DNA from: Acidobacteriota bacterium
Lineage (GTDB): Bacteria; Acidobacteriota; UBA4820; DSQY01
Length of the DNA: 64,000 nucleotides
Direction of reading: 5' to 3'
NCBI GenBank assembly: GCA_049967655.1
Contig: JBMFSH010000001.1
Coordinates: 32,001-96,000 of the forward strand
This document shows, one piece after another, positions 42,373 to 51,703 of the stretch. The notes below the pieces were generated by a model, which was given only the letters and a program-made list of their open reading frames with translations, did no database searches and was not told the origin of the DNA. A program made the translations under genes and the position numbers. Numbering within the stretch: position 1 is the stretch's first letter; the number at the start of each line of letters is the position of its first letter.

Positions 42373-42488
42373 GTAGAATGGGGACGAAGCCGGGCGGTCG
42401 TCGTCCGATGCCCCGCGTCGAGCCCGGGCCGAGGGGGGATTCCTGCCCGCCGTGCCTCCCATGCGCCCGAGAATGGGAGGTCCGCTCC

Positions 42489-44465
42489 ATGCGTAGAGTA
42501 TGCCTGGCGTTTCTCCTTGCTTTCCTCGCCGTTTCAGCCGCCGCCCAGAGTCCGCCGGTCCTCTTCTCGGCGCCCATGTCTCCGCGCGACGCCAACTATG
42601 CCATCCAGGTGACCCTGGATGCAGGCAAGCACACGCTGCGTGGGGAGGAGCGGATCCAGTGGCGCAACATCACCGACGCGCCCGCCGCGGATGCCTGGTT
42701 CCACCTCTATCTGAACGCCTTCGCTAACGACCACACGGTCTTCATGACGGAGTCGGGCGGACAGCTTCGGGGTGACACCTTCGTTTCAGGACACTGGGGT
42801 TACTGCGTGGTGCGATCCATCGCCCTGGTGGGCGCGGACGGGACCCGAACGCCGCTCGCACAGCTCTTCCCCCGAGAGGACCACACGGTCATGCGCGTGG
42901 TCCTGCCAGCGCCCGTCCCGCCCGGCGGCGAGGCCCTCTTCGAGGTCCGTTTCGAGGACCAGCTCCCGCGCGTCTTCGCGCGCTCCGGGTATGCCGGCAC
43001 CTTCAACATGGTCGGCCAGTGGTTCCCCAAGCTGGGGGTCTTCCAGGGGGCCAAGGGCTGGAACTGCCACGAGTACCACGCGAACACGGAGTTCTTCTCG
43101 GACTTCGGTGTCTACGACGTCTCCATCACCGTGCCCGTCCAGTACGTCGTGGGTGCCACGGGGGTCCTGTGGCAGGAGGTGCGCCAGGGGGCGCAGAAGA
43201 CCCTCTCCTTCCACGCTGAGGACGTGCACGACTTCGCCTGGGCGGCCCAGCCCGACTTCGTGGATCGGAGCGAAACCTACATGGGCGTCCAGATCCGGGT
43301 CCTCATGCAGCCGGGCAACCGGGCGAGCATCCCTCGCTACTTCGCCGCCGTGAAGCAGGACCTGAAGGACTACGCCGAGTGGATCTGGAAGTACCCCTAC
43401 CCGGAGATCACCGTCGTCGACCCCCCGATGAACGGCATGGGCGCAGGGGGCATGGAGTACCCCACCTTCATCACGGCCGGCGCGAGCCCCTTCATGGGAA
43501 AGCGCATCCTCATACCCGAGGTGACCGTGGTGCACGAGTTCGGCCACCAGTACTGGTACGGCATGGAGGCCGACAACGAGTTTGAGCGCGCCTGGCTCGA
43601 CGAGGGCATCAACTCCTATTACGAAGCGCGGATCATGGACCAGTGGTACGGCCCAGAAAAATCCTTCGTGGACGACCTCTGGGGGTGGAGCCTCGGCGAG
43701 GAGGCGCAGGAGCGCATGGCTTACCTCACCCTGCCGGACATGGACCCCATCGTGTTGGACGCCTGGAAGTATTTCTCCAGCAGCTCCTACGACGTCATCA
43801 CCTACGACAAGTCGGCCCTCGTCCTCAAGACCCTCGAGAACCTGCTCGGCCGGAAGAAGATGGACGAGGCCATGCGCGCCTTCTTCATGCAGGTCAAGTT
43901 CACCCATCCGGACACACGCGACTTCATCCGGATCGTCTCGCAGGCCGCCGGGCAGGACCTCTCGCCCCTGCTTGAACCCATGCTCTATGGCACGGGAACG
44001 GTGGATTTCCGGGTGGTCCGGGTGCGGAACGTGCCGCGCTCCTCCCCCGCAGGCTACGACCTGTCGGGGGCTGCTCCGGTGCTCTACGGCGCGGAAAAGA
44101 AAAAGGAGAAGAACCAGGGGCACAAGGGAGCCGCCAAGACGCCATTCAAGGAGAGCTACGACTCGACGGTGGTGGTGGAGCGCCGCGGCAGTCTGGTCTT
44201 GCCGGTGGAGGTGGCCATTCAGTTTTCCGACGGTACCACGCGCACGGAGCGGTGGAACGGCGAAGGCCGGTACACCACCTGGACCTTCTCGGGGCCCAAG
44301 GTGGTCCGCGTCGTGGCCGATCCGAAGGACCTGGTCCCGCTGGATCTGAATCGGCTCAACAATGGCTGGGTGGACCAAGGTGACGGCGCGGTGGCCCGGT
44401 GCATGACCACGCGGTTCCGGCTCCTCTACCAGTCCCTCGTGGCCATGCTGTTCAACATTCTCTGA
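42489..44465 (+). CDS. secreted M1 family metallopeptidase
   Basis: signal peptide; QWFPK, HDFAW, GGMEYP, HEFGH-x18-E (WLDEG), Y.K. Confidence 0.92.
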   Translation: MRRVCLAFLLAFLAVSAAAQSPPVLFSAPMSPRDANYAIQVTLDAGKHTLRGEERIQWRNITDAPAADAWFHLYLNAFANDHTVFMTESGGQLRGDTFVSGHWGYCVVRSIALVGADGTRTPLAQLFPREDHTVMRVVLPAPVPPGGEALFEVRFEDQLPRVFARSGYAGTFNMVGQWFPKLGVFQGAKGWNCHEYHANTEFFSDFGVYDVSITVPVQYVVGATGVLWQEVRQGAQKTLSFHAEDVHDFAWAAQPDFVDRSETYMGVQIRVLMQPGNRASIPRYFAAVKQDLKDYAEWIWKYPYPEITVVDPPMNGMGAGGMEYPTFITAGASPFMGKRILIPEVTVVHEFGHQYWYGMEADNEFERAWLDEGINSYYEARIMDQWYGPEKSFVDDLWGWSLGEEAQERMAYLTLPDMDPIVLDAWKYFSSSSYDVITYDKSALVLKTLENLLGRKKMDEAMRAFFMQVKFTHPDTRDFIRIVSQAAGQDLSPLLEPMLYGTGTVDFRVVRVRNVPRSSPAGYDLSGAAPVLYGAEKKKEKNQGHKGAAKTPFKESYDSTVVVERRGSLVLPVEVAIQFSDGTTRTERWNGEGRYTTWTFSGPKVVRVVADPKDLVPLDLNRLNNGWVDQGDGAVARCMTTRFRLLYQSLVAMLFNIL

Positions 44466-44476
44466 GGAGATCAACC

Positions 44477-45445
44477 ATGGAGTGGGCGCGGTCCGTCGGC
44501 AACGGTCTCTTTCGCGGCAAGGGGAAGCTGATGGGCACCCTCCTGATCTGGGGCTCTGGATTCCTCCTGGCCACCATCTTCCTCAACCCCGTCCGGAGCG
44601 GATTCCACACTCTGTTCGACGGGGCGCCCGCCTCCAGGGCTCTGCTGCATGGGAGCGGGATTGACCTGCTGTTCAACACCGGTTTGCATCAGCCAGCCTT
44701 CTGGTCGGCCGCCGCCGCACTGCTGCCGTACATGATCCTCCTCGCGGTCGTCGTGGGCCTGGTCCTCACCTCCGGGGTCTACGCGCAGGCCGTGGAGGGA
44801 AGCGGGAGCTGGCGGGCATTCTGGCGCGGTTCGGCGGCCAACGTCCTGCCCTTCGCCGCCCTGCTGCTCCTCAACCTCCTTCTCTGGGCCGTCGTGAGCC
44901 TCGGCGTCGGACTCTTCTTCGCCGCGGCGTGGCACGGCCTCCGCGACGCCATGGACCCCGCCAAACCGTGGCACCTCTTCTGGATCACGCTGTGGTCGGC
45001 GCTGATCGTGGTGAACCTCTTCAGGAATTCGCTCGGCTTCTCACAGGCTCGGTGGGTCCTGACCGGCGGCGGTGAGGGGGTGGCGCGCTGCTTCATGCGA
45101 AGCGTGGCGTTTACCTTCCGGCGGTTCGTCCCGGTGAATCTCATGACCTGGCTCCTCAACCTCGTGCGCGCCGGGGCCATGATCCTCGCCGTCTTCACGC
45201 TGAGCCCCGGGTATGGCACGACGAGCCGTTGGTTCGCCACGGCGGCCCTGCTTCAGGGGGGATTCCTCTTCGCGGCCTACCTCCGGGTGGGCGAAGCGCG
45301 CGCTCAAGTGCTCTACACGCGCGTCTTCCTGGCGCCGGCTACGGTCGGGGTAGCGCCAATGCCTGCGGGAAAAGACGAGGAGCCTTCGGTGGCCGCCGCT
45401 CCGGTATCCGAGTCGGAAGGCCTGGAGGAGATCCCGGGCGCGTGA
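44477..45445 (+). CDS. multi-pass membrane protein
   Basis: about six hydrophobic segments; GAGGAG RBS directly after the peptidase. Confidence 0.75.
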   Translation: MEWARSVGNGLFRGKGKLMGTLLIWGSGFLLATIFLNPVRSGFHTLFDGAPASRALLHGSGIDLLFNTGLHQPAFWSAAAALLPYMILLAVVVGLVLTSGVYAQAVEGSGSWRAFWRGSAANVLPFAALLLLNLLLWAVVSLGVGLFFAAAWHGLRDAMDPAKPWHLFWITLWSALIVVNLFRNSLGFSQARWVLTGGGEGVARCFMRSVAFTFRRFVPVNLMTWLLNLVRAGAMILAVFTLSPGYGTTSRWFATAALLQGGFLFAAYLRVGEARAQVLYTRVFLAPATVGVAPMPAGKDEEPSVAAAPVSESEGLEEIPGA

Positions 45446-45501
45446 CGTCGGGAGCACGGGGCGCCGGTGTCCCCGGCCCGCCCGAAGGGGCGAGGAGGAG
45501 G

Positions 45502-46605
45502 TCACGACGCGGCCGGCGAGACCCGCTCCTCCACCATCCGGTAGATGGCGCTCTTTTCCTCGGGCGAGAGGTGTTTGCTCGCTTCGAAGAGCAGGAATGA
45601 GAGGACCGTCGAGAGTCCCCCGTCCAGGTCCGCCAACCGCCTATCCACGTGGTGGTCGGCCACGTTGGCCGTGAGCACTTTGGGATCCAGCCGGCCCGAG
45701 GCTTCGAATCGGAGCCCTTCGAGGATGCTGCTGTTGGCCGTTTCCAGGCAGCTCTGGGCCAGCGCCTCCAGGTCCTCTCTGGACAGGGAGCCGGCCAGGC
45801 TGGAGAGGATTCTGGAGAAGATCTGGTTGTAGGAGAAGATCAGCTCCTGGATGGCGAGCGCGTCCTCCACCTCCTCTCCGTGAGACGGGAGGGGCGCCTC
45901 GGGAAGCACGGCGTAGCGCGCTCTGACCAGGGAGACGATGACCCGCAGGGTCTCGAACTCGTCCAGGGCGGAGCGGTGAATGATCTCGCGGATTGTCCTG
46001 CGGCCGTCGATGAGGGCGAGGACCGCCTTCTCGCCCTCGAGGAAGCGGACCCCCTTGTCCTGCTGCTCCACGGGCGCGAGCTCAGGGACCAGCCGGTCGT
46101 TGGGGATGAGCTCCTTGATCATGGGCCATTCATCCAGGCGGCGGATCCCCTCCATGATGATGTTGGTCGTGGAGGTGGAGAGTTTGATCTTCTCCTCGTG
46201 GGGCTCCTCCGATTCCTCGAAGGTGAAATAGCCATCCCGGAGGGCGAAGGTGGAGTAGATGATCTCTAGAACCTGGTTCTTTACGGCCCACCAGAGCTCC
46301 TTGGGCGTGAGGACGCCCATCTGGACGAGCACCTTACCCTGGCGCTTGCCGGGCTCCACCAGGAGGCCCGACTTCATGTTCTGCTCCTGCGTGATCTTGC
46401 CGTGCCGGACCAGGAAGCTGCCCAGGGATTCATCGGGGTCGGAGGAGCTGGCGAAGATCATGTCCCCGTGCTCCCAGTAAACCCGGCGGGTCCTCTCTCC
46501 CTGCCGCAGCGAGAGGATGCCGGTCTTCTTGATCATGTTGATGAAGGTCAAGAGGTCCGGCGCGCTGATGGCGCGAAGGGAGCCTTCCAGGATTCGGTCG
46601 GCCAT
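45502..46605 (-). CDS. DUF4388 (PATAN-like) domain protein
   Basis: LEGSL...PDLL.....KKTG.L, LGSFLVR.G.IT, G..LV.MG, MEGIRRLDEW. Confidence 0.82.
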   Translation of the reverse strand: MADRILEGSLRAISAPDLLTFINMIKKTGILSLRQGERTRRVYWEHGDMIFASSSDPDESLGSFLVRHGKITQEQNMKSGLLVEPGKRQGKVLVQMGVLTPKELWWAVKNQVLEIIYSTFALRDGYFTFEESEEPHEEKIKLSTSTTNIIMEGIRRLDEWPMIKELIPNDRLVPELAPVEQQDKGVRFLEGEKAVLALIDGRRTIREIIHRSALDEFETLRVIVSLVRARYAVLPEAPLPSHGEEVEDALAIQELIFSYNQIFSRILSSLAGSLSREDLEALAQSCLETANSSILEGLRFEASGRLDPKVLTANVADHHVDRRLADLDGGLSTVLSFLLFEASKHLSPEEKSAIYRMVEERVSPAAS

Positions 46606-46756
46606 GGGCGCCTCCGTAACAGATGGTACAGGAGCCGCTTGGCTTTGCCAAGCTCTGGGGGGTGACGGATGACAGATGATGGAGGGGGCGCTGGCCGCAT
46701 CCATCCCCCAATCCTTTGTGGCTTTGTGGCGAATCTCTCCCTTCCGTGCGGGAGGG

Positions 46757-46785
46757 TTGACTCGGTGAGGGGGCGGTCCTAAGAT
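46757..46785 (+). promoter_or_regulatory. putative sigma70 promoter, probably leaderless transcript
   Basis: TTGACT-N17-TAAGAT ending 7 nt before the GTG at 46792. Confidence 0.6.
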
Positions 46786-46791
46786 GGATTC

Positions 46792-47352
46792 GTGCGGCAG
46801 GTGAGACGGGTTGCTGTGTTCGGCGGGGCCGATGTTCAGGCAGGATCTCAGGAGTATGAACAGGCCCGGCAGATGGGCGGTTTATTGGCCCGGGCGGGGG
46901 TTGTCGTGATCACCGGCGGCTACGGCGGGGTCATGGAGGCCGCCAGCCTGGGTGCCACGGAGGCGGGCGGCGAGGCGGAGGGGATCGTCTGCAGGGCCTT
47001 TGAGGGCCGAAGCCCCAACCCCTATCTGACGCGGCTGCACTGGACGGACAATCTCTTTGAAAGGACGCAGGTTCTCATCGAGCGTGCCGACGGTTACGCG
47101 GCCCTTGCCCCTCGAACGGGGACCCTATCGGAGGTGGTAACGGTCTGGGCCCACTTCAAGGCGGGCGGCCTGTCGCGGCGCCCCTTGGTGCTGGTGGGCC
47201 GTCCCTGGGCGCAGTTGATCTCGGCCATGGCCGACACGGGTGTCGTGGAGCAAGATCTGTTAAACTGGTCTATCATCGCCGCGGATGTCGGAGACGCGGC
47301 GGCGCGTCTCACGGACTGGACAACCTCCACAGGAATGGTTCATGACGGCTAA
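46792..47352 (+). CDS. LOG / DprA-Smf-like Rossmann-fold family protein
   Basis: VAVFGG, TGGYGGVMEA, NPY, ER, GTLSE. Confidence 0.85.
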   Translation: MRQVRRVAVFGGADVQAGSQEYEQARQMGGLLARAGVVVITGGYGGVMEAASLGATEAGGEAEGIVCRAFEGRSPNPYLTRLHWTDNLFERTQVLIERADGYAALAPRTGTLSEVVTVWAHFKAGGLSRRPLVLVGRPWAQLISAMADTGVVEQDLLNWSIIAADVGDAAARLTDWTTSTGMVHDG

Positions 47353-48199
47353 AGACAAGCGAAATCAGAGGCCGGCGGAAGAGGCCGGCCCCCCTTCCAA
47401 GGGAACGCTCCGCGATTACTGGGAAACCATCTGCATCGTCCTGATCTTCGTTCTCTTTGCCAGGACCTGGGTCTTCCAGAATAGCAACATCCCCTCGGGT
47501 TCCATGGAGAACACCCTCCTGGTGGGTGACCGCCTCCTGGTCAACTCCTTCATCTATGGCCCCACCCTCTTCAAGTGGGAAAGGGACCTGCTGCCCATTC
47601 GAAGCATCGAGCGGGGCAACATCATCGTCTTCAAGTTCCCCGGAAACCCGCAGGTGCCCTTCATCAAGAGAGTCATCGCCAAGGGCGGAGACGTCGTGCA
47701 GGTGGTGGACCAGCACGTCTTCGTGAACGGTAGGCTCCTCATCGAGGGGTATACCAAGCTCCCGGCCTCCATCAAGGACACCTACATTCCGCCACCCGCC
47801 CTCCCGCCGGCGGCGGATATTCCCGTCCTGCCTGACTACTTGAGGGATCCGGCCGCCTTCTCCACGGAGGTGCTCCCGGGCAGGGTCGAGGTCAGCCTCA
47901 AGGCCGAGGAGGGGATCGATCTCATGGGGAGGGGCAGGTTCGGGCCTTACCGCATACCGGCAGGCCACCTTTTCGTGATGGGCGACAACCGGACCAATAG
48001 CGAGGACAGCCGATACTGGGGGGCCCTGGACGAGCACATGGTGCTGGGCAGGGCCTGGGTGATCTGGTGGTCATTCAAAGAGGGGGATTTGGACTACTTG
48101 CAGAACTCGCCAGGGCAGGTGGCACGGCGATTTTTCGACAAGGTCTTCCATTTCTTCGGGAAGACCCGCTGGAACCGCATCCTCACGCGGCCCCACTAA
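47342..48199 (+). CDS. lepB: signal peptidase I
   Basis: IPSGSMENTL.VGD, FIKRVI, FVMGDNR.NS.DSRYWG. Confidence 0.95.
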   Translation: MTAKDKRNQRPAEEAGPPSKGTLRDYWETICIVLIFVLFARTWVFQNSNIPSGSMENTLLVGDRLLVNSFIYGPTLFKWERDLLPIRSIERGNIIVFKFPGNPQVPFIKRVIAKGGDVVQVVDQHVFVNGRLLIEGYTKLPASIKDTYIPPPALPPAADIPVLPDYLRDPAAFSTEVLPGRVEVSLKAEEGIDLMGRGRFGPYRIPAGHLFVMGDNRTNSEDSRYWGALDEHMVLGRAWVIWWSFKEGDLDYLQNSPGQVARRFFDKVFHFFGKTRWNRILTRPH

Positions 48200-48226
48200 G
48201 GACCATGCGCTAGGGGAGGAATCCCA

Positions 48227-48463
48227 ATGCAATTGACCCAGCAGGTACGCGAATTTCTGGCCAAGAACGACGAGGAATTCAGGCGCCTGTATCAGAAGCA
48301 CCAGGAGTACGAACAGGAACTGGACGCTCTGGCGAAGAAGGGCTTTCTGAGCTCCGAGGAGGAGCTCTACGTGGCACAGGTCAAGAAGAAGAAGCTGACC
48401 CTCAAGGACCAGATGCTGGTCATCTCGAAGAAGTACGAGAAGCAGATCGAGGGGATGGCCTGA
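48227..48463 (+). CDS. YdcH/DUF465 family coiled-coil protein
   Basis: EFRRL...H, KKKKL.LKDQM. Confidence 0.75.
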   Translation: MQLTQQVREFLAKNDEEFRRLYQKHQEYEQELDALAKKGFLSSEEELYVAQVKKKKLTLKDQMLVISKKYEKQIEGMA

Positions 48464-48504
48464 CCGGGACCCCATCTGGCGGGGATTATGCGGAGGCGCG
48501 GGGG

Positions 48505-48771
48505 GTGGTGGCAGATCGCTTGCCTTTCGGAGATCCGTTGGCCGATAACAAGGGCCTGAACGGACACCTCAAGGAGCTCGTGGACGGCCTGTACCGGATG
48601 GGGATCACCCTGAAGGAGACGCAGGCGGAGATCGAGCATCTGTATATCCAGCGGACGCTCCTCTCCTGCGACGGCAACCGAAGCAAGGCGGCCAAGAAGC
48701 TCGGCATGCACCGCAATACCCTGAACGCAAAGATCGAACAGTACGGGATTCGTGAGGAAGAGGATTCGTGA
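48505..48771 (+). CDS. stand-alone Fis-family HTH protein
   Basis: GNRSKAAKKLGMHRNTL. Confidence 0.85.
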   Translation: MVADRLPFGDPLADNKGLNGHLKELVDGLYRMGITLKETQAEIEHLYIQRTLLSCDGNRSKAAKKLGMHRNTLNAKIEQYGIREEEDS

Positions 48772-49757
48772 CCTCGCCGCTCCGAGACGAGGCGGGCTGG
48801 ATCCGGCTCCTGTCGACCACGTGGCACCGCAAGGATGCCGAGGTGGGCCTGGGGGACGACGGCTGCGTCCTTCCGCCGGCCCGATACACCCTCTCCACGG
48901 ATGTCCTCGTCGAGGGGGTGGACTTCCGGTGTGACTGGGCGCCGCCCGAGGCCCTGGGCTACAAGGCCATGGCGGCCAACCTGTCGGACCTGGCCGCCAT
49001 GGGGGCCTTCCCCCGCTTCTTCCTCATGACCCTGGGCTTTCCCAGGGGATACCCCGAGGCCTTCGTGGAGGGGGTGCTCAGGGGGCTGCACTTCCTCTCG
49101 GACCGCCGCGGCGTGGAGCTGTGCGGCGGGGATCTGACCCAGGCTCCGGGAGGCTTCTTCGTGAGCCTGACGGTCATCGGCGAACAGCGCCGGCGCCCCC
49201 TTCTCCGCTCTGGGGGGAGGCCGGGGGACCTGCTCTACCTGTCGGGCCCTCTGGGCGGCCCTGCAGAGGCGCTCCGCCTGTTTGAGGCCGGCTCTCGCCT
49301 GGAGGTGTTCGATCCGCTGGCCGGTCCGGCCGATCCCGAGCGGGCGCTCCTGGACCGATTTTACCGCCCGCCCGATCAGATCCCGCTCGGCCTCTTTCTG
49401 GCAGAAACCGGGGCGGTCTCTTGCTGCATGGACGTTTCGGACGGCCTGGCCCGAGACCTGTCCCGGATCTGCGAAGCCTGCGCTTGCGGCGCGGAGATTC
49501 GGGCGGATGCGCTGCCCGTCGATCCCCTCCTCTCGCACCTGGGAGAGGCAGAGCGGTTCCAGAGAGCCCTCGAAGGCGGAGAGGAACAGGTCCTCCTGTT
49601 CACCGTTCCGCCCGAACGGGAGCGGGCGCTCGACGGGGCCGGGTTCGATCTGGTCCGAGTCGGCAGACTCACCGAGGGCGACCAGCGCGTGCTAGTCATG
49701 CCCGATGGCCGCCGCGAGGCGATCGGGGATGCGGGCTATGACCACTTCGCTCCGTGA
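48768..49757 (+). CDS. thiL: thiamine-monophosphate kinase
   Basis: GDD, TD.LVEGV.F, NLSDLAAMGA, GGD, DVSDGL, GGEE. Confidence 0.92.
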   Translation: MTSPLRDEAGWIRLLSTTWHRKDAEVGLGDDGCVLPPARYTLSTDVLVEGVDFRCDWAPPEALGYKAMAANLSDLAAMGAFPRFFLMTLGFPRGYPEAFVEGVLRGLHFLSDRRGVELCGGDLTQAPGGFFVSLTVIGEQRRRPLLRSGGRPGDLLYLSGPLGGPAEALRLFEAGSRLEVFDPLAGPADPERALLDRFYRPPDQIPLGLFLAETGAVSCCMDVSDGLARDLSRICEACACGAEIRADALPVDPLLSHLGEAERFQRALEGGEEQVLLFTVPPERERALDGAGFDLVRVGRLTEGDQRVLVMPDGRREAIGDAGYDHFAP

Positions 49758-50163
49758 GGTCTTCCGTCGCCTCGCGGGGCTTGGCGACGCGCCCGGCAGG
49801 ACGGCCCTGGCGGTCGGGCTCGGCCTCTGGGTGGGGTTGCTTCCGGTGGCGCCCTTCCAGACCCTTCTGGTGTTGGGGGCGGCCTTTCTACTGCGTCTCA
49901 ACCGCGTCGCAGCGCTGGCCGGGACCCTGGTGTGGCAGCCCTTCACGGCCCCTTTCATCCTGGCGGCCGAGTATGCCGTCGGGCGATGGATGCTCCCGGA
50001 AGGCCACGCTCCGCCAGCGGGCTGGTGGGGATCTCTCGGCCGGCCGCTGGTGGCGGGGAGCATCGTGGTCTCGGCGGCCGCGGGCGCCCTGGGCGCCCTC
50101 GTGAGTTATGCGGTGCTTATCGGGCGAGCTAGACAAAACGGCGGCTCGTCCGTCATACCATGA
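49738..50163 (+). CDS. DUF2062 family membrane protein
   Basis: P...ALAVGLGLWVG..P....T, RLN, P.T.P. Confidence 0.7.
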   Translation: MTTSLREVFRRLAGLGDAPGRTALAVGLGLWVGLLPVAPFQTLLVLGAAFLLRLNRVAALAGTLVWQPFTAPFILAAEYAVGRWMLPEGHAPPAGWWGSLGRPLVAGSIVVSAAAGALGALVSYAVLIGRARQNGGSSVIP

Positions 50164-50172
50164 GGAGCGGTA

Positions 50173-50724
50173 ATGACGGCCTCCATCTTGGCCGCCCTCC
50201 TGCGTAGCGCGCGGCGGGGCAGGGACGAGGCCTTTACGCGGTTGGTCGAGGCGACGCGGGACAGCCTCTTCTGGACGGTGAGGCGCATGGTGGGAAGGGA
50301 CGCGGTGGCGGAAGAGATCCTCCAGGACGCCTACGCCGCCCTCTGGGGGGTGCCTGAGACCGGCCTTCCCGACGAGCCCATGGCGTGGCTGAGGAGGTTC
50401 TGCGTGAACCGCGCCATCGACTACCTTCGCCGCGAGGAGAACCGGAGGCCGCACGAGGGCGGCGAGTTTCTTGATGAGTTGCCGGCCGCGGCGCGGCCCG
50501 ATGTGGAGGTGGGGCTCCGCGAAGCCGAGGAGGTGGTGGCGAGGGCCATGCAGGCCCTTCCCCCTCAGGAGCGGGGAGCGTTCGTCCTGAAGCTCGTGGA
50601 GGGCCTCGAGTATCCGGAAGTGGCGGCCCTCCTGGGCGTTTCCGAGAGCACGGTGCGCAATCAGGTCATGCAGGCGCGCAAGAAGGTCCAGCGCTACTTG
50701 CAGGCGGCGGGGATCGAGCTATGA
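50173..50724 (+). CDS. ECF RNA polymerase sigma factor
   Basis: AEEILQDAY, WL....NRAIDYLRR, LP..R..F.L...EGL.Y.EVA..LG.S..TV. Confidence 0.92.
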   Translation: MTASILAALLRSARRGRDEAFTRLVEATRDSLFWTVRRMVGRDAVAEEILQDAYAALWGVPETGLPDEPMAWLRRFCVNRAIDYLRREENRRPHEGGEFLDELPAAARPDVEVGLREAEEVVARAMQALPPQERGAFVLKLVEGLEYPEVAALLGVSESTVRNQVMQARKKVQRYLQAAGIEL

Positions 50725-51023
50725 AGATCGAGGAGTTGAGAAGGAGCCGAAGGTCAGCGTCCGAATGGGAGCCCTTCATGCGGGCTCTCTCCTCCCGGCT
50801 GCGCGCCGACCGGCGGCGGGCCATCCTCGCTCGCGCCGCCGCCGTGGCCCTCGTGGCCCTGCTGGCGGGCGGGTTGTGGCTCTACCGCATACCCAGGTCC
50901 CACGCGCCCATGCTTCGGGCGGACGTGCCGGCGGCCACCGCGCCGCTGTTTCAGCCGAAGAGCGGCGTGGCTCTGGCCACGGCCGAAGGAATCCTCGTGA
51001 TTCCGTCACAGGAGAAGACATGA
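50721..51023 (+). CDS. putative anti-sigma factor (single TM)
   Basis: ATGA overlap with the ECF sigma gene; one TM helix. Confidence 0.55.
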   Translation: MKIEELRRSRRSASEWEPFMRALSSRLRADRRRAILARAAAVALVALLAGGLWLYRIPRSHAPMLRADVPAATAPLFQPKSGVALATAEGILVIPSQEKT

Positions 51024-51703
51024 AACGGCGGACGCTCCTTGCCTGGCTCGCGGCCATCGCCCTTCCCCTCCTGCTCCTCGCCCAGCAGGTGCAGACCATG
51101 CGGTATTCGCTGGAGCACCGCGACGTGCGGTCGGTCCTGGCCCGCGTTACGGAGGAGCTGGGCCCCAAGGGACAGATCTGGGTGAACGGCGCGGCCAATC
51201 AGATCACCGTGGAAGACGAGGCCCCGCGCGTGGAAGCCATCCGGAGCCTGCTCCGGGAACTCGACGTGCCGGCCCGCCACCTGGCCCTCGGCACGCGGCT
51301 GGAGGTGCTCCCCGTTCCGGCCCAGCACGGCTTTTTTCGGGAGACCCCCGGCTTCGTGGACATGACGGCGTGGGCGCAGAACGCCGCTCCCCTGGAAACG
51401 TACACCGGCGTGATGGACCTGTTCGAAGGCCAGTCCGGCTCGTGCTCGCTGGGCAAGGCCTACCGGCTCGATGCCAAGGCGCAGGGGTACGATCCCAGCC
51501 GGCGCCGCTTGGCGCTGGCCGACCTTGACCTCTACAAGCTCCAGGAGGGCAAGCCCCCGCTGGCCGTCCTCCAGGGCGCCGCCGTGCTTCCCGAGGGCGA
51601 CATGACCGTCTTCCTCGTCAATCCCTCGCCCGCCAACCCGCCCCTCCGCCTCAAGGTCACGCCGACGCTCCTTCCCTCCGTGACCAACCCGGAGGTGCGT
51701 TGA
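51020..51703 (+). CDS. exported protein with secretin-N-like domain
   Basis: signal peptide; Y.L.H.D.......L...G.I....N.I.V.D......I..LL.ELD.P. Confidence 0.65.
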   Translation: MKRRTLLAWLAAIALPLLLLAQQVQTMRYSLEHRDVRSVLARVTEELGPKGQIWVNGAANQITVEDEAPRVEAIRSLLRELDVPARHLALGTRLEVLPVPAQHGFFRETPGFVDMTAWAQNAAPLETYTGVMDLFEGQSGSCSLGKAYRLDAKAQGYDPSRRRLALADLDLYKLQEGKPPLAVLQGAAVLPEGDMTVFLVNPSPANPPLRLKVTPTLLPSVTNPEVR

